Origin: Alloascoidea hylecoeti
Taxonomy: Eukaryota
DNA: 59,660 nt
Direction: 5' to 3'
Assembly (NCBI GenBank): GCA_001600815.1
Contig: BCKZ01000017.1
Location: forward strand, 287,720 to 347,379
The translations under genes and the position numbers were made by a program. Below the pieces are notes generated by a model, which worked only from the letters and a program-made list of their open reading frames with translations, had not been told where the DNA came from and made no database searches. Below are positions 23,810 to 36,663 of this stretch, piece after piece. Position 1 is the stretch's first letter, and the number at the start of each line of letters is the position of its first letter.

Positions 23810-25150
23810 ATGTCGTTTCTTAGAGAACTCGCAGAATCCGTTGATATCGAAGGATTTGATTGGAAGTCTGTCATTTTAACCTTCTCAATTTCTCGATATG
23901 TTTTTGAAAATGCATTGACTTTCCGTCAATATGGAGTTTTAAAACGTAAAGAATTACCAATTTCTTTGAAAGGTTCAATTGATAATGAAACCTTTCAGAA
24001 ATCTCAAGCTTACGGCCGAGCAAAAGCAAGATATGGTGTTTTTAGTGATACCTACTCTCTTATTAAAGATATCGCTACTATTTATTTTGATATTTTCCCC
24101 TTGTGTTGGTCTTATAGTGGGTTATTATTACAAACTGTTGTACCTTATTTACCTAAATTCGTGCCTTTGACTACGGATGGTGAAATTTCAAAATCAATTG
24201 CTTTCACGATTATATTACAAGTTGAATCAATCATCTTAAGTTTACCCATTGATATTTATTATACTTTTGTTCTTGAAGAGAAATTTGGATTTAATAAACA
24301 AACTCCAAAACTTTACATTAATGATACAATTAAATCGTTTTTAATATCACTTGTTCTCATTCCTCCAATACTTGGTGGGTTTTTGAAAACAATTTTATAT
24401 TTTGGTGATAATTTTTTCTTCTTCTTATGGTTATTTATGCTTATTTTTCAGCTCGTTTCAGTTGTTCTTTATCCAACATTAATTCAACCTTTATTTAATA
24501 AATTAACACCATTGGAACCAGGAGCTTTGAAATCGAGTATTGAAAAATTAGCAACAGATAATAAATTTCCATTATCAAAACTTTATGTTATTGATGGTTC
24601 AAAAAGGTCTTCTCATTCAAATGCTTATTTTTATGGATTACCATGGACCAGAAAGCAAATTGTCATATTTGATACGTTAATTGAAAAATCAACTGTGGGA
24701 GAAGTTACTGCAGTTTTAGGACATGAATTAGGTCATTGGGCTCTATCTCATACAACCCAAACATTAATAATCACACAAATTCATTTATTTACAATTTTTG
24801 CTCTATTTTCAATGTTTGTTAGTAACAAATCATTATTTAATTCTTTTGGATTTTTTCATGAAACACCGGTTCTAATTGGTTTTATGCTATTTAATGATAT
24901 TTTACAACCAGTTGAATCCTTAATATCATTTTTTATGCATTTATTATCAAGAAAACATGAATTTGAAGCTGATGAATATGCCGTTAAGTTAGGATATGCT
25001 AATAATTTATCATCAGCTCTAATTAAGTTACAAATTGAAAACTTAAGTTCTATGGATGCAGATTGGTTATATTCTTCTTATCATTACTCTCATCCAATTT
25101 TGTCAGAAAGATTAAATGCTATGGGATATAAGCCTGAAAAGAAAGAATAA
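23810..25150 (+). CDS. STE24: CAAX prenyl protease (M48 zinc metalloprotease)
   Basis: Multiple TM helices, LEEKFGFNKQT, IDGSKRSSHSNAYFYG, HELGH zinc motif, EFEAD and YHYSHP. Confidence 0.97.
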   Translation: MSFLRELAESVDIEGFDWKSVILTFSISRYVFENALTFRQYGVLKRKELPISLKGSIDNETFQKSQAYGRAKARYGVFSDTYSLIKDIATIYFDIFPLCWSYSGLLLQTVVPYLPKFVPLTTDGEISKSIAFTIILQVESIILSLPIDIYYTFVLEEKFGFNKQTPKLYINDTIKSFLISLVLIPPILGGFLKTILYFGDNFFFFLWLFMLIFQLVSVVLYPTLIQPLFNKLTPLEPGALKSSIEKLATDNKFPLSKLYVIDGSKRSSHSNAYFYGLPWTRKQIVIFDTLIEKSTVGEVTAVLGHELGHWALSHTTQTLIITQIHLFTIFALFSMFVSNKSLFNSFGFFHETPVLIGFMLFNDILQPVESLISFFMHLLSRKHEFEADEYAVKLGYANNLSSALIKLQIENLSSMDADWLYSSYHYSHPILSERLNAMGYKPEKKE

Positions 25151-25404
25151 TTCAAGTGGATTGATTTAGCTGGAGATATATTTGTATACATGCACTTGAA
25201 TTTATAATTTGCAATCAACAAAATGTATAAGTATTATATTTTATCTGTAAAATGTGTATGTACTAAATTGGAAAATATGATTCTATAATACCAAGCCGTC
25301 AAATGAAATATTGCTTATAAAAGCTTGAAAATAACAATTGTAAATTAACTAACAAATAAACAAATATCTATACATAATATAATAAGATATAATATAAAAT
25401 GAAC

Positions 25405-27264
25405 CTAACCAAATAATGTGCTTCCAATTAAATATAAATTTAAAAAGGATATCAATGCCCAAGCAATAATTGAACTTATCATCATAAATTTTCCATTACT
25501 CATATCTTTATATTGAATATCATTTAAACTTTCGGAGTCAGATATTGGTAATATGGCGGATCTATCCGTTGCAATTGATGCTGAATATTGATCATCTAAT
25601 GGATCATTTGACCGTAATAAATCATATTCACTTTGATTTTGTGTTCGTGGTAAATCTACTGAATATGTAATTTCATTATCTTCAGAGGTACTTAATCTAT
25701 CATATGCAATAGGACCTGGAGGAGTAGCAGTTGTTTGTGTTGGTATATAATCATTCGATGTTGTTAATGGGACCTTCATAATATCTTTATTACAAGTGAA
25801 ATAAATCAAAGGAGCAGAAACAAACGGTAATACTAAACTTAATATAACTTGACTTCCATTAATAGTACTTGCCAATCCAATTCTACCATACCAATAATTC
25901 ATTAAAAGACATGGTATTATTGCTAAAGATCTTGTAATTAATCTTCTTACCCATGGAATCATTGTCCAATTTAAAAATCCATCTGAAACCATTTGTCCTG
26001 CTAATGTACAAACAATACCAGCGGATTCACCAGAAAATAATAGTGCTAAAGCAAACACTATGCCTGCAGCTTTTGATAAGTGAACAACTAGCATATCATA
26101 AATGGAAAATAAATCAGCATCTTTTGCTTCAGGAGTAGTTGATAAAGTTGAACCAGCAACAATTAATATAGCACTATTAACAAATAAAGCGACAGTAAAT
26201 AAAGAAACAACCAATTCAACAATTGAATAAACGATTGTATCATCAATAGCAAATATTGAAGGTCTATACTTATTATCAGTTATTCCTTCACTCTGATCAT
26301 CTAATTCTTGTCTTGATACAAGACCATGTTGAACATCATAATCTTTTAATCTTGATTGGCATAAACCGGAACCAAGATATAAACTATGCGGCATTACAGT
26401 TGCACCAACAATAGCAACAGAAAGATACATTCCATCAGGTTCAAATAATTGCCTTGATGGTAAAAAGCCAGTGAATACTTCACTCCAATCAGTGTCATTC
26501 CAAACGCTGATCAACTCTAACATAAAACAAGCAACAGTTAATACAACGAATAAAGTAACAATTCTTTCAAAGAAATTTATTATTCTCATTGAACCATTTG
26601 GATTATAGGCTATAACAACAACCAATACATCAGAAATAGTCAATAAAATACAAATTGATAAAGGGATGCTAAACAATATATTTAATGAGATAGAAGTACC
26701 AACTACTTCAGCCACATCTGTTGCAATAATGGCGGTTTCGGCCAGTATATAAATTGATAGGTTTAACCATTTTGGAAGATGTTCATGACAATTTTGAGCC
26801 AGATCATGACCAGTAACCGTTCCTAATTTTGTGCTCAAAGTTTGCAAGAATACTGCAAAGAAATTAGCCACAAGTACAGAACAAAGTAATTTATATTCAT
26901 ATGCCGCCCCGGCAGCTACCGCAGTGGAATAATTCCCGGGGTCAAAATACCCAACGCTTAGCATCAAACCAGGACCTATAAAACGAAAGTATTTTTTTAT
27001 TATCCCAATAACAGTTGAGAAAGTGAATGAAGAAGATTTTGAGGCGATAGGTTCATCTATTGAGAACGGTTGAATCTGCCGCGTTGGAACTTGTGCAGAT
27101 TCCTGTGTGGATGCTGTGCTGTATTCATTGTCGTCGCTCGTTCTCACTCCCGATCTATCTGTGTCCGAGGGTGAAACTGGTCTGCTGGGGTAAGGTGATA
27201 TCGAACCTGAGTCGTCGATCATCTGAGGGATAGTTGTGTGAATGTTGCCTATTTTTGATGTCAT
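25405..27264 (-). CDS. Nramp divalent metal (Mn2+) transporter, Smf1/Smf2 family
   Basis: GPGLMLSVGYFDPGN, GATVMPHSLYLGS, GIVCTLAGQMVSDGF and multiple TM segments. Paralog not resolved. Confidence 0.95.
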   Translation of the reverse strand: MTSKIGNIHTTIPQMIDDSGSISPYPSRPVSPSDTDRSGVRTSDDNEYSTASTQESAQVPTRQIQPFSIDEPIASKSSSFTFSTVIGIIKKYFRFIGPGLMLSVGYFDPGNYSTAVAAGAAYEYKLLCSVLVANFFAVFLQTLSTKLGTVTGHDLAQNCHEHLPKWLNLSIYILAETAIIATDVAEVVGTSISLNILFSIPLSICILLTISDVLVVVIAYNPNGSMRIINFFERIVTLFVVLTVACFMLELISVWNDTDWSEVFTGFLPSRQLFEPDGMYLSVAIVGATVMPHSLYLGSGLCQSRLKDYDVQHGLVSRQELDDQSEGITDNKYRPSIFAIDDTIVYSIVELVVSLFTVALFVNSAILIVAGSTLSTTPEAKDADLFSIYDMLVVHLSKAAGIVFALALLFSGESAGIVCTLAGQMVSDGFLNWTMIPWVRRLITRSLAIIPCLLMNYWYGRIGLASTINGSQVILSLVLPFVSAPLIYFTCNKDIMKVPLTTSNDYIPTQTTATPPGPIAYDRLSTSEDNEITYSVDLPRTQNQSEYDLLRSNDPLDDQYSASIATDRSAILPISDSESLNDIQYKDMSNGKFMMISSIIAWALISFLNLYLIGSTLFG

Positions 27265-27928
27265 GGTGAAAAACTTCGCAAAATAGCGGAGGAGGAGTTT
27301 AACTATACCAGTATACCCACAAGGTCACGTGCTACGTATCTTAAATCTCTCATTATACAGGTGTGAATCTCATTCTTGCTCTAATATAATTAAAAGAAAA
27401 AATACCCGTATAAGTTTACACAGAGCCAAATACCCAAATCAGAGCTGAACTCGAAGTGTGCTTTATCGGCTTTCGAAGCAATTACATAATCCAACCCGAG
27501 CGATCCTAGCGTTAATAGACTTGTTTACTTATTAGTAAAGTTGCTATATAACATACACGTATATTTTAGATATTTCATTATTATCGAAGTATAAAACAGT
27601 TTTAATCATTTTTCTTTGTTCCATAGTAGTACTAGTCATAATGTGGCTTTGAATTTGTGAAGAAGTAAGTGAGTTTGTTAAGACCCAGATCAGATTAGGT
27701 AAGTCTAATCTATAAAAGCATGGGCTTAGAAAGCAAAAACAGCCTTCGCCCTCTTCAGTTTCAGACAGAGTCTCGGGTTACTAGGGTAGTATTTAATAAC
27801 CAGTGGAAAAATTCCCGCCACAGCTGAGCCTGTGAATATTCTGCTGCAACACGTCAATTTACCCGGATATCAATCTTGAATATAGGTATAAATTTTTCAG
27901 AATCTTTTACATTTATTATATTGAAGAA

Positions 27929-29121
27929 ATGCCTTTACTGAACCCCACAACTCTTCCACGTTTGAAAAATTTATATGGAAGAATTCATATGAATAATCTT
28001 GAAAAATGCTGTATGTGAATGGCTTTTAATCAAGAATTTTTTGAAATAAACTCCAGTTACTTACAATGAGTTTTTCTTTTGAATTTCCATGTAGACAAAA
28101 TAATTGAAAAATCAAAATTGGCTGAAAAATATAAACCAGGATCTGTCACCATTCTTGATGGTTATCCAGGAGTGTCGGTTTGGTCTACGGCTTTAAATCA
28201 ATCTTTAAAACCAAGACAGCACATATTACTGGAAATATTTAAAGGATATTCAAATAACATTAAAGTATGTATTCCTTTATATAACAATATATCTATAACA
28301 ATATATATTAAAACTCCTACCTCTTTTTTCTCTGTACATTATAGGAGCTGATAGCATCAGATCCTTCAGCTAATTTAGAGCTATGGCATAAAGATCCCTT
28401 TCAATGGGGTACATTCGATCAACTAATAGACGAAAAAATATATAATCCACCTATAAAACAAGATCAATCTAATATTCACCCAAATTTTTTATACACTGCA
28501 AATTTAACTACAATGCAAGGAGAACAATTGGCAATGCAATGGTTAGCTTGTGTTGTTAATCAGAATTGGATACAATCGTTTGGAAATGTTAAGATGCTAC
28601 TATGGGTCAATGAATCAACCGCTCGGAAATTAATGGCTCCAATTAATGATAATCAAAGAACAAGATGTTCATATTTAATAGATGCTTTTACAAATTCAAG
28701 GAGATTGACGGTACATACCGATTCATCGTCAGCGGATACTGAACCTTATGATCATGACATAATAACACAAATAAACTCAAAAGATTTATTACATGCGAAA
28801 AAGACAAAAGAAAATATCGCCCTTTTAGAAATTGATCCCAAACAAAATAATTCTGATGTACAAATTATGGATTATGTTACAAAACGAATATTTGTATTGG
28901 TTAATTCTCCATTAAAAGATGCTTTTGGTACTTTGGGTTTTGGAGCAAAAGAATACATGTCTTCAAAAGTACCTGACCTTCTAGAAAAGAGTCCAAGAAA
29001 TCTGACCGTTGAAGATTTTGATAGAATTTTCGAAGCCTATAGAAAATGGCCATTCAAACCTGAGTTTGATGATTTTCTTAATATATCAAATAGCGAATAT
29101 GACGTGAACCCCGAGGTATAA
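27929..29121 (+). CDS. MTF1: Mitochondrial transcription factor Mtf1 (mtTFB); exons 27929-28010, 28095-28264, 28345-29121
   Basis: Two GTATGT..TAG introns restore one frame: ILDGYPGVSVWS, DPFQW, TANL, VKMLLW..STARKL and WPFKP, all Mtf1-type motifs. Confidence 0.88.
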
Positions 29122-29295
29122 ATGTAATTAATGATAAACTTGGAGATTTATAATAAAAAATTAAAAAAGTTAAAAAACGCGTATATTCCATGATGTTGCC
29201 ATGGAAACCCAAATAGTATATTTACATTTTTACACCTCTTTTCAACTGCTTCACATAATTATATAAGTACTAGCTGTACCAATATTAATATAAAA

Positions 29296-32200
29296 ATGTC
29301 AAACTCAGAGGCTGAAGCTCAGGCTGTGGAGTTTGCCTCGAAAAATTGGGTATGGGTTCCCGATAAAGAAAAAGGGTTCATCAAGGGTTTTATTCTTGAT
29401 GAATATGATGATAACCTAATAAAGATTCGGTGTCTTGATGATTCGGTATGTTCCTATAACATTTGTTTTATTTGATCTTTGATACTATTACTAATACCCG
29501 GAAATCTTTAAGGATCGAACTGTTGATAAACTTATCGTTGATAAAGTTAATCCCCCAAAATTTGATAAAGCTGATGATATGGCACAACTTACTTATTTAA
29601 ATGAAGCATCTGTTGTACACAATTTATCTTCAAGATATGATTGTAACTTAATCTATACCTATTCTGGTCTTTTCTTAGTAGCAATCAATCCTTATTGTGA
29701 TTTACCGATTTATAATGATGAAACTATAAATTATTATAGAAATAAAACAAGAGAAGATTCAAAACCACATATTTTTGCAATAACTGATTTAACATTTAGA
29801 AATATGATTGAAATGAATGAAAATCAATCGATTTTAGTAACTGGCGAATCAGGTGCAGGTAAAACTGAAAATACCAAAAAAATTATTCAATATTTAGCTG
29901 CTATAACAAAAGATAATAATTCAAGACCTTTATCAATAAGTATTAATTCAAATTCAAATGATTTTGAAAATAGTACTTTTGAACAACAAATTTTACAAGC
30001 AAATCCTATATTGGAATCTTTTGGTAATGCACAAACTGTTAGGAATAATAATTCTTCTCGTTTTGGTAAATTTATTAGAATTGAATTTAATAGACAAGGA
30101 ATAATAAGTGGTGCTTATATAGATTGGTATCTTTTGGAAAAATCAAGGGTAATTTATCAAAATCCAGAAGAAAGAAATTATCATATTTTTTATCAATTAA
30201 TAGCTGGTGCTCCATCTGATCTTAAAAATCAATTATTAATGTCATCATCTCCAAATAATTATGTTTATCTTAAATATTCAAATAAAATAATCAAAGGAGT
30301 TAATGATACTGAAGAATATAAATCATTATTACGATCTTTTTCAATAATGGGTTTTACAAAATCAGAATATATTGATATTTTTAAAGTAATATCGGCAATT
30401 TTAAAATTAGGAAATATTGACGTGGGACCTGAAAGATATGAACAAGCAAGGATAACTGATCGAACAGAGATTGAAAAAGTTTGTCACTTATTAGGCTTAA
30501 ACGTAGATCAATTTATAAGTGCCTTAATTAATCCTAAGGTTAAAGCTGGTAGAGAATGGGTGGTACAATCAAGATCTCCACAACAAGCAAAACATTCTTT
30601 AGATGCTTTAGCTAAAGGTCTTTATGAACGCACATTTAAAGGTGTAGTAGATAAAATTAATAATACACTTGTACGAAGTGATGATTCATCATCATTTATT
30701 GGTGTTTTAGATATCGCTGGCTTTGAAATCTTTGAGGTGAACAGTTTTGAACAATTATGCATTAATTATACAAATGAAAGATTACAACAATTTTTTAATC
30801 ATCATATGTTTGTTTTAGAACAAGAAGAATATAATCGTGAAAATATAGAATGGAATTTCATAGATTTTGGTCTTGATTTACAACCAACTATTAATCTAAT
30901 TGAAAAATCAAACCCTATTGGTATTTTTTCATGTCTTGATGAGGATTGTGTGGTCCCAAGAGCAACTGATAAATCATTTACTGAAAAATTAAATAGTTTA
31001 TGGGATGGTAAATCTCCCAAATATAAAGCTTCCAGATTAAAACAAGGATTTACTTTAACACATTATGCTTCAGATGTTGAATATTCTACAGAAGGATGGC
31101 TAGAAAAAAATAAAGATCCAATGAATGATAATATTATAGATTTATTGGTAAACTCTTCAGATAGGCATGTCGCTGAATTATTTGAAAAAGATGGGTCAAT
31201 TTATAAAGCTAGTGGTTCCACAGTTAAAAAAGGACTTTTCAGAACAGTTGCTCAAAAACATAAAGAACAATTGTTAAGTCTAATGAATCAACTTGAATTA
31301 ACACATCCACACTTTGTTCGATGTATCATTCCTAATCATCAAAAGAGACCAAAATCTTTTGACAGTTTATCAGTTTTAGAGCAGTTGAGATGTAATGGTG
31401 TTCTGGAAGGTATAAGAATTGCAAGATCTGGATATCCAAATAGATTACTTTTTTCAGAATTCAAAACACGTTATCAATGTTTAGCAACAAACCTTCCAAA
31501 AGGTTATACGGAAGGTCGAAAAGCGTGTGGTTTAATCCTTGAATCGATTAAGATGGATGAAGGGCTATACTTAATCGGTTTAACAAAGGTGTTTTTCAAA
31601 GCTGGTGTCTTGGCAGATTTAGAAAATCAAAAGGAAGAAATGGTAAAAGGAATCATAAGTAAGTTTCAAGCTATTGTTAGAGCAGCAAAAGTTCGCTATG
31701 TTATTCAAAAAAGTCTCTATAAATCTCAAGCAACTCAAATTATTATGAGGAATTTTGAAGTGTATAATACCATAAAACATGACAGTTGGTGGAAATTATT
31801 CGTTAAAATGAAACCTTTATTGAACACATCAAGGGAAATTTCTTTAGCCAAAGTAAATGGTGCTAGAATTAAGAAATTGGAAGCTGAAATTAAAAATATT
31901 GAAGACGAAAGGGATAAATTGGAGTCAGCATCACATAAAGCTGAATTGGAGGTACGTAAATTAAATGATACCCTAGAAAGTGAAAGATCTTTGGCCGAAG
32001 ATCAAGATGTCATTCTTGAACGTGCAAAATCAACAGAAGCAGATCTTGAAGAACAATTAGCTAATACATTGGATGATCTTGATCATTTAGAAGATGAAAT
32101 TGATGAACTTTTAATTGCAAAGAAAAAAGCCGAAGAAACAGCTGATACTTGGAGAGCTGAACTTGAAAATGGTGCTAATATAATTGCCAAATTGGAAAAA

Positions 32201-35200
32201 GAAAAAAATGAATTGATTAACAAAATAAGTGATCTTGAACATGAATTAGAAGATACAATGAAAGATCAGATCACCCAAGAAAATACAGCTGAAAGTCTAG
32301 CTGAAGAAATCAATACTTTAAAACAAGAATCAGATGAAAAAGATAAGATTATTATTCAACTCGAACATCAGCTTGATGAATCAAATAGAGGATTAGAAGA
32401 AGAATTAGCTGCAATGGAAGATGACTGTGAAGAAGCCCAGGCCAAATTCGAAGAACTCTCTGAAGAAAACAATGATATTCGCAATCAACTATCTGAATTA
32501 TACCAAACCTCTTCTGATTTCGAGGTAATGATTCAAAAAAAGGAAACCGAGCTTGCTAAATTGAATTATACTCTCAAAGAGCAGGAAAAAGAATACAGAT
32601 CATTAGATAAAGAAACATCTCAACTTCAAGTCGAATCTGAATCAAAAGAGCAAGAATTACAGAATACTAAATCAGAAATTGCAGCCTTACGAGATCGGCT
32701 TAGAACTCTTGAGGAGGATTCAAACGAAGCGCAAGATTTGCTTCAAGCCACAATAAACGACAAATCTAAATATGAAAAAAATAAAAAGTTTTTGGAAAAA
32801 CAGATTGAAACGTTAACAGAGACTGTGAATTCTCTTCAAGATGAAATTCAATATACACAGACTGAAAATGTTGATTTTATTAACGAAAAGGACTCAAAAA
32901 TCAACTCTTTACAACAACAAGTTCGAGAATTAAAGCAAGGTATAGATAAATTAAAAAATGAAAAAGCAGAAGACGCTAAAAATACTGATAATCTTACTCG
33001 TGATAAGCGGAAAGCTTTAGACCAAGTTGAAAATCTTACCGTTCAAATAAAAAACCTAAAAGCTAAGATTGAAGAAAATAATTCTTCTAGGGGTGAAGCT
33101 TCCGAAGCGGTAAGAAAACTTAGAACCCAGCTTTCAAAAGTCAGTAGTCGTGCTCTAGATTTTGAAGATAAACTAAACATTATACGTATTGAAAAAGAAC
33201 GAATGATGATAGATTATAAATCAATGAAATCTAGATTCAGTGAACAATCCTTTTTAATTAATCATAATGGTTCGGAGAAAACGAAACTTTCATCTGAATT
33301 GGCAAGTTATAAAACCAAAATCACTACAGTCATTGCCCAGAAAGAAAGAATAGCCAAGGAACTTGCGGAAAGAAGCAAGAAACTTGATGAGTTACGAAAG
33401 GAGTATGATGAGAATGCAAATTTGAGAAACGAAGAAGAAGAGAATGATCGGATTTCTGTAGAACAGGATGAACGACGAATGAAAACTGAATATGAAAAAT
33501 TAAATGACGAATACGCTGCTTTAGAAGCAAATAGAGACAAATTGGTTAGAGAAGACAAAGATTTACAACATGAAGTTGATCGTGAACAAAATTCAGCTAG
33601 AAGAGCAGAATATATGGCAGAATCTTTAGAAAAACAATTATCTCAACTTCAAGCTGAAAAAAGCTCCGCAGAGTTGGAAAATCAAAATCATAGACAAGAA
33701 CTATCTAAATTGAAAAAGGAATTGAAAAATAAAGTTAAGTCTCGAAAATCAATTTCTTCCGTTGATAATGGTGAAGCGATGGTATTAAAGAAGAAACTAG
33801 AAGCTGCTCAAAAGGAATCAGAAAAGCAAAAAGGGTTACTAGAATCACAAATAACCGAGTTAAATAAACGATGGAAACAGGATATTGTTGAAAGGGATCG
33901 TCCAAGAGTAGTATCTAGAGGATACAGTCCCCCATCCCCTTCCGGATCTTCTGTATCATCTATTTCATTTTCGATATCTCCTTCTCCGTCGATTAATCGT
34001 TTGAATGATGAATCTTTTAAAACGCGTTTGGAGGAATCGGAACAAAAGTGTCTACAACTATCTAAACAGCTAAGAACACTTCTTGCTCATACTGGCGCTT
34101 CTCAAAAAGAAAATATCAGCCCTGACAGATCTACTTTGGAATCAGCTCATCAAGAATTAATTAAAGTTTACCAGGAAGTTTCTCGTAAACTCTCAATCTC
34201 TAAGAGTGAACTGGCACAATGCAAAACTGAAATTCTTAGTTTAACATTAAAATTAGGTGAAAATGAAAAAAGACTAATAGATTGGAAGAGTCATGTTGGA
34301 CCAGAATTTGCATCGGCTTTGGCAGCAAAAGAGGAATTAACAGATGTAAGGTTTAGAATGGATGCATTACAGGCAACTTGTGATGACCTAGCTAAAAGCT
34401 ATAAGCTGTATAAAGGGCGTGCGGATGAATATTACAGCAGGCTTGAATCGGCAGAAGTAGCTGTATTGAAATCTTCTCGTGCTGCCAAGTTTGCCAAATC
34501 AAAATTGACTGAGACCGAAAATGCTCTTCAAGAAGCCAAAAATAAGGCTAGAGAATCAGAAACTGAAGTATCACAACTCGTTTCAAAAATAAGAAAGTTA
34601 GATGATGCCCTAGAAGATTGTAATATTGAATTACAAGCATCCCTTGATTCACAAAAGGCTTATAAATCTGAATTGGAAGATTATAGACGTAAAGATCTAA
34701 AAGGGGATGATATGCTTAGTAGTGCGAAACAGAAATACCAGCAAGAAATTGAATCATTAACAAATGAATTAAATAAAGAACGACAACAATCAAAATTATG
34801 GGTTAATCAATCTGATGATTTGACACAAGAGATTAATGATTTAAAATCCGAATTAGATCGGAGACGTCAACATTCTCAATCGTGGCTTCAAGAAAAGCAA
34901 CAATTAGAATTAAAAGTTTCTGAATTAAAAGAAGCTAATAGAAAGGAAATAAAGGATCGTGGGAAGTCTGAAAAGAAGATGGGTGATTTATTATCACAGG
35001 TTAGAAACCTAAGAGCAGGTATGGATGATTTGACCGTTGAACGGGACAAATTACAAGATTATAAACGAGAATTAGAAGGAAGAGTTACCGAAATGACTTC
35101 CCAGTTTGAAGAATTATTTTCAGATACTAGTAATGGCGATGCTAATCGTGCGGATGAAAAGTTGTCAAATGATGCCTTGTCTATAAAAGCAGCACTTGAT

Positions 35201-35803
35201 CAAGAAAAACGGGAAACAGTAAGAGCAATAGAAAGATTAAAACAATACAAGAGGTTACACGAGGAAGCTTCGAATAGTGTTTACAATGAAAAAGAGGTGA
35301 ATGCTCAACTATCACAAGAAAAAGTTAATTTGAGCTCCGAGAACGAAGAGCTTAAGTTAAAAATTTCTGAACTGGAGAAAAAGATGGCATCAACTGATAA
35401 ACGTGGATACCAATACTGGCAAACAAAAATTAATGATTTAGAGAAAAAGATCGAGGAAGTGAATAGACTACGAGTTAAAGAAAACAGAAGTTCTAGAAAC
35501 CTTGATAATGTTACTAGAGATTTACAAGATCAATTGGCACAAAAGAATCGTAGAGTTCAAAGATTAGATGAAGATCTAAAGAAGAAGGGATTGAAGATTA
35601 CGAATTTAGTTGAACAAATTGACAAATTAGAAGGATCTGAAAGTTATTATTTATCAGCAGTAAAGAGCGCGGAAAAGGAGAAGCAGGAACTGAATGAGAA
35701 ATTTGAATATCTTGAAAAAGAGATCGAAGAATGGAAGACACGCTTTGCTAATTTTACATCAAAAAGAAGTTCAGGAAATGATTTTCAGCCCGTATTTACT
35801 TGA
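29296..35803 (+). CDS. MYO1: Type II myosin heavy chain; exons 29296-29445 and 29513-35803
   Basis: Exon 1 encodes the SH3-like KNWVWVPDKEKGF. Intron GTATGT..TACTAAT..AAG joins to KVNPPKFDKADDMAQL. GESGAGKT, NNNSSRFGK, DIAGFE, QLRCNGVLEGIRI and a long coiled-coil tail. Confidence 0.96.
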
Positions 35804-35929
35804 GACAATTTGTTTATAATTGACGATCATTTGCATTAGCATAATATTATTTTAGTTAAGTATTTAAAATGTTTATTTTTGTTTTCTTTTGTGTTTAATA
35901 AAAATCATAGATCTACACTATGTTCAATA

Positions 35930-36330
35930 ACGCATACCTTATACCTACCTAGCCATGGTGAAATATATAAGCGGCCGCGGAGTCCACGAAATACTCCGGT
36001 TAATGATTCACCTTCTGGTGATCTTTCCAATTCTAAAAGCTTTGATTGATGCTCACAGAACACGTGAAAACAAATACTGCTGTCTATTGGAGGAGGAATA
36101 ATATTGCAATCGGTCAATCCTGTCGGGAAAATACAATATTGGGCGTTAAGAGGAGAGTTTGATGAGCAAATCAGCTCTTTCATTTCTCAATTTCTGAGTG
36201 GTGTGAGTGATTTATTTTCATATGAAAATGTATTTCGCAAATTCACACCGGACCACTCTCTATGACTACTGTGGGGAGGGATAAATCGGCCTTTGATCAC
36301 AAAGTTTTGCATTGTCCTATGTGGGGTTTT
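35930..36330 (+). ncRNA. Candidate structured non-coding RNA, family unassigned
   Basis: At least five consecutive hairpins in GC-richer intergenic DNA between convergent genes; G-U pairs favour the + strand. No match to snRNA, RNase P/MRP or SRP motifs that I could recognise. Confidence 0.35.
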
Positions 36331-36663
36331 GAACAAAAAAAAGATGATATTTTTTACACGAGTGTCTCAGCAATCTTCCACGAAATATATATCATCGTGT
36401 CATTTCATTTTATACAATGAGATACATCCATATGATAACTTGAGAAGAGGAAGAGGTTGTTTCTAGCTGTAAATCTAGTCTATGCAATTTCCGGTTGCTT
36501 ATTCACGTATCAGCCACCATGAGGAATTAAAATCATAATTAGTTAGTTCAAATTAAACTTATCATTTCATTTTCAAATTTCATTAACAGACTATCGTATG
36601 TATTTAATATAAATTGTAATTAACATTGACTGAATTTTTAAAGAGCTACACAAAGTGTAACAT

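Noticed and set aside
35905..36183. 92-aa minus-strand ORF
   Set aside because: No recognisable motif; it overlaps the structured region and is likely incidental.
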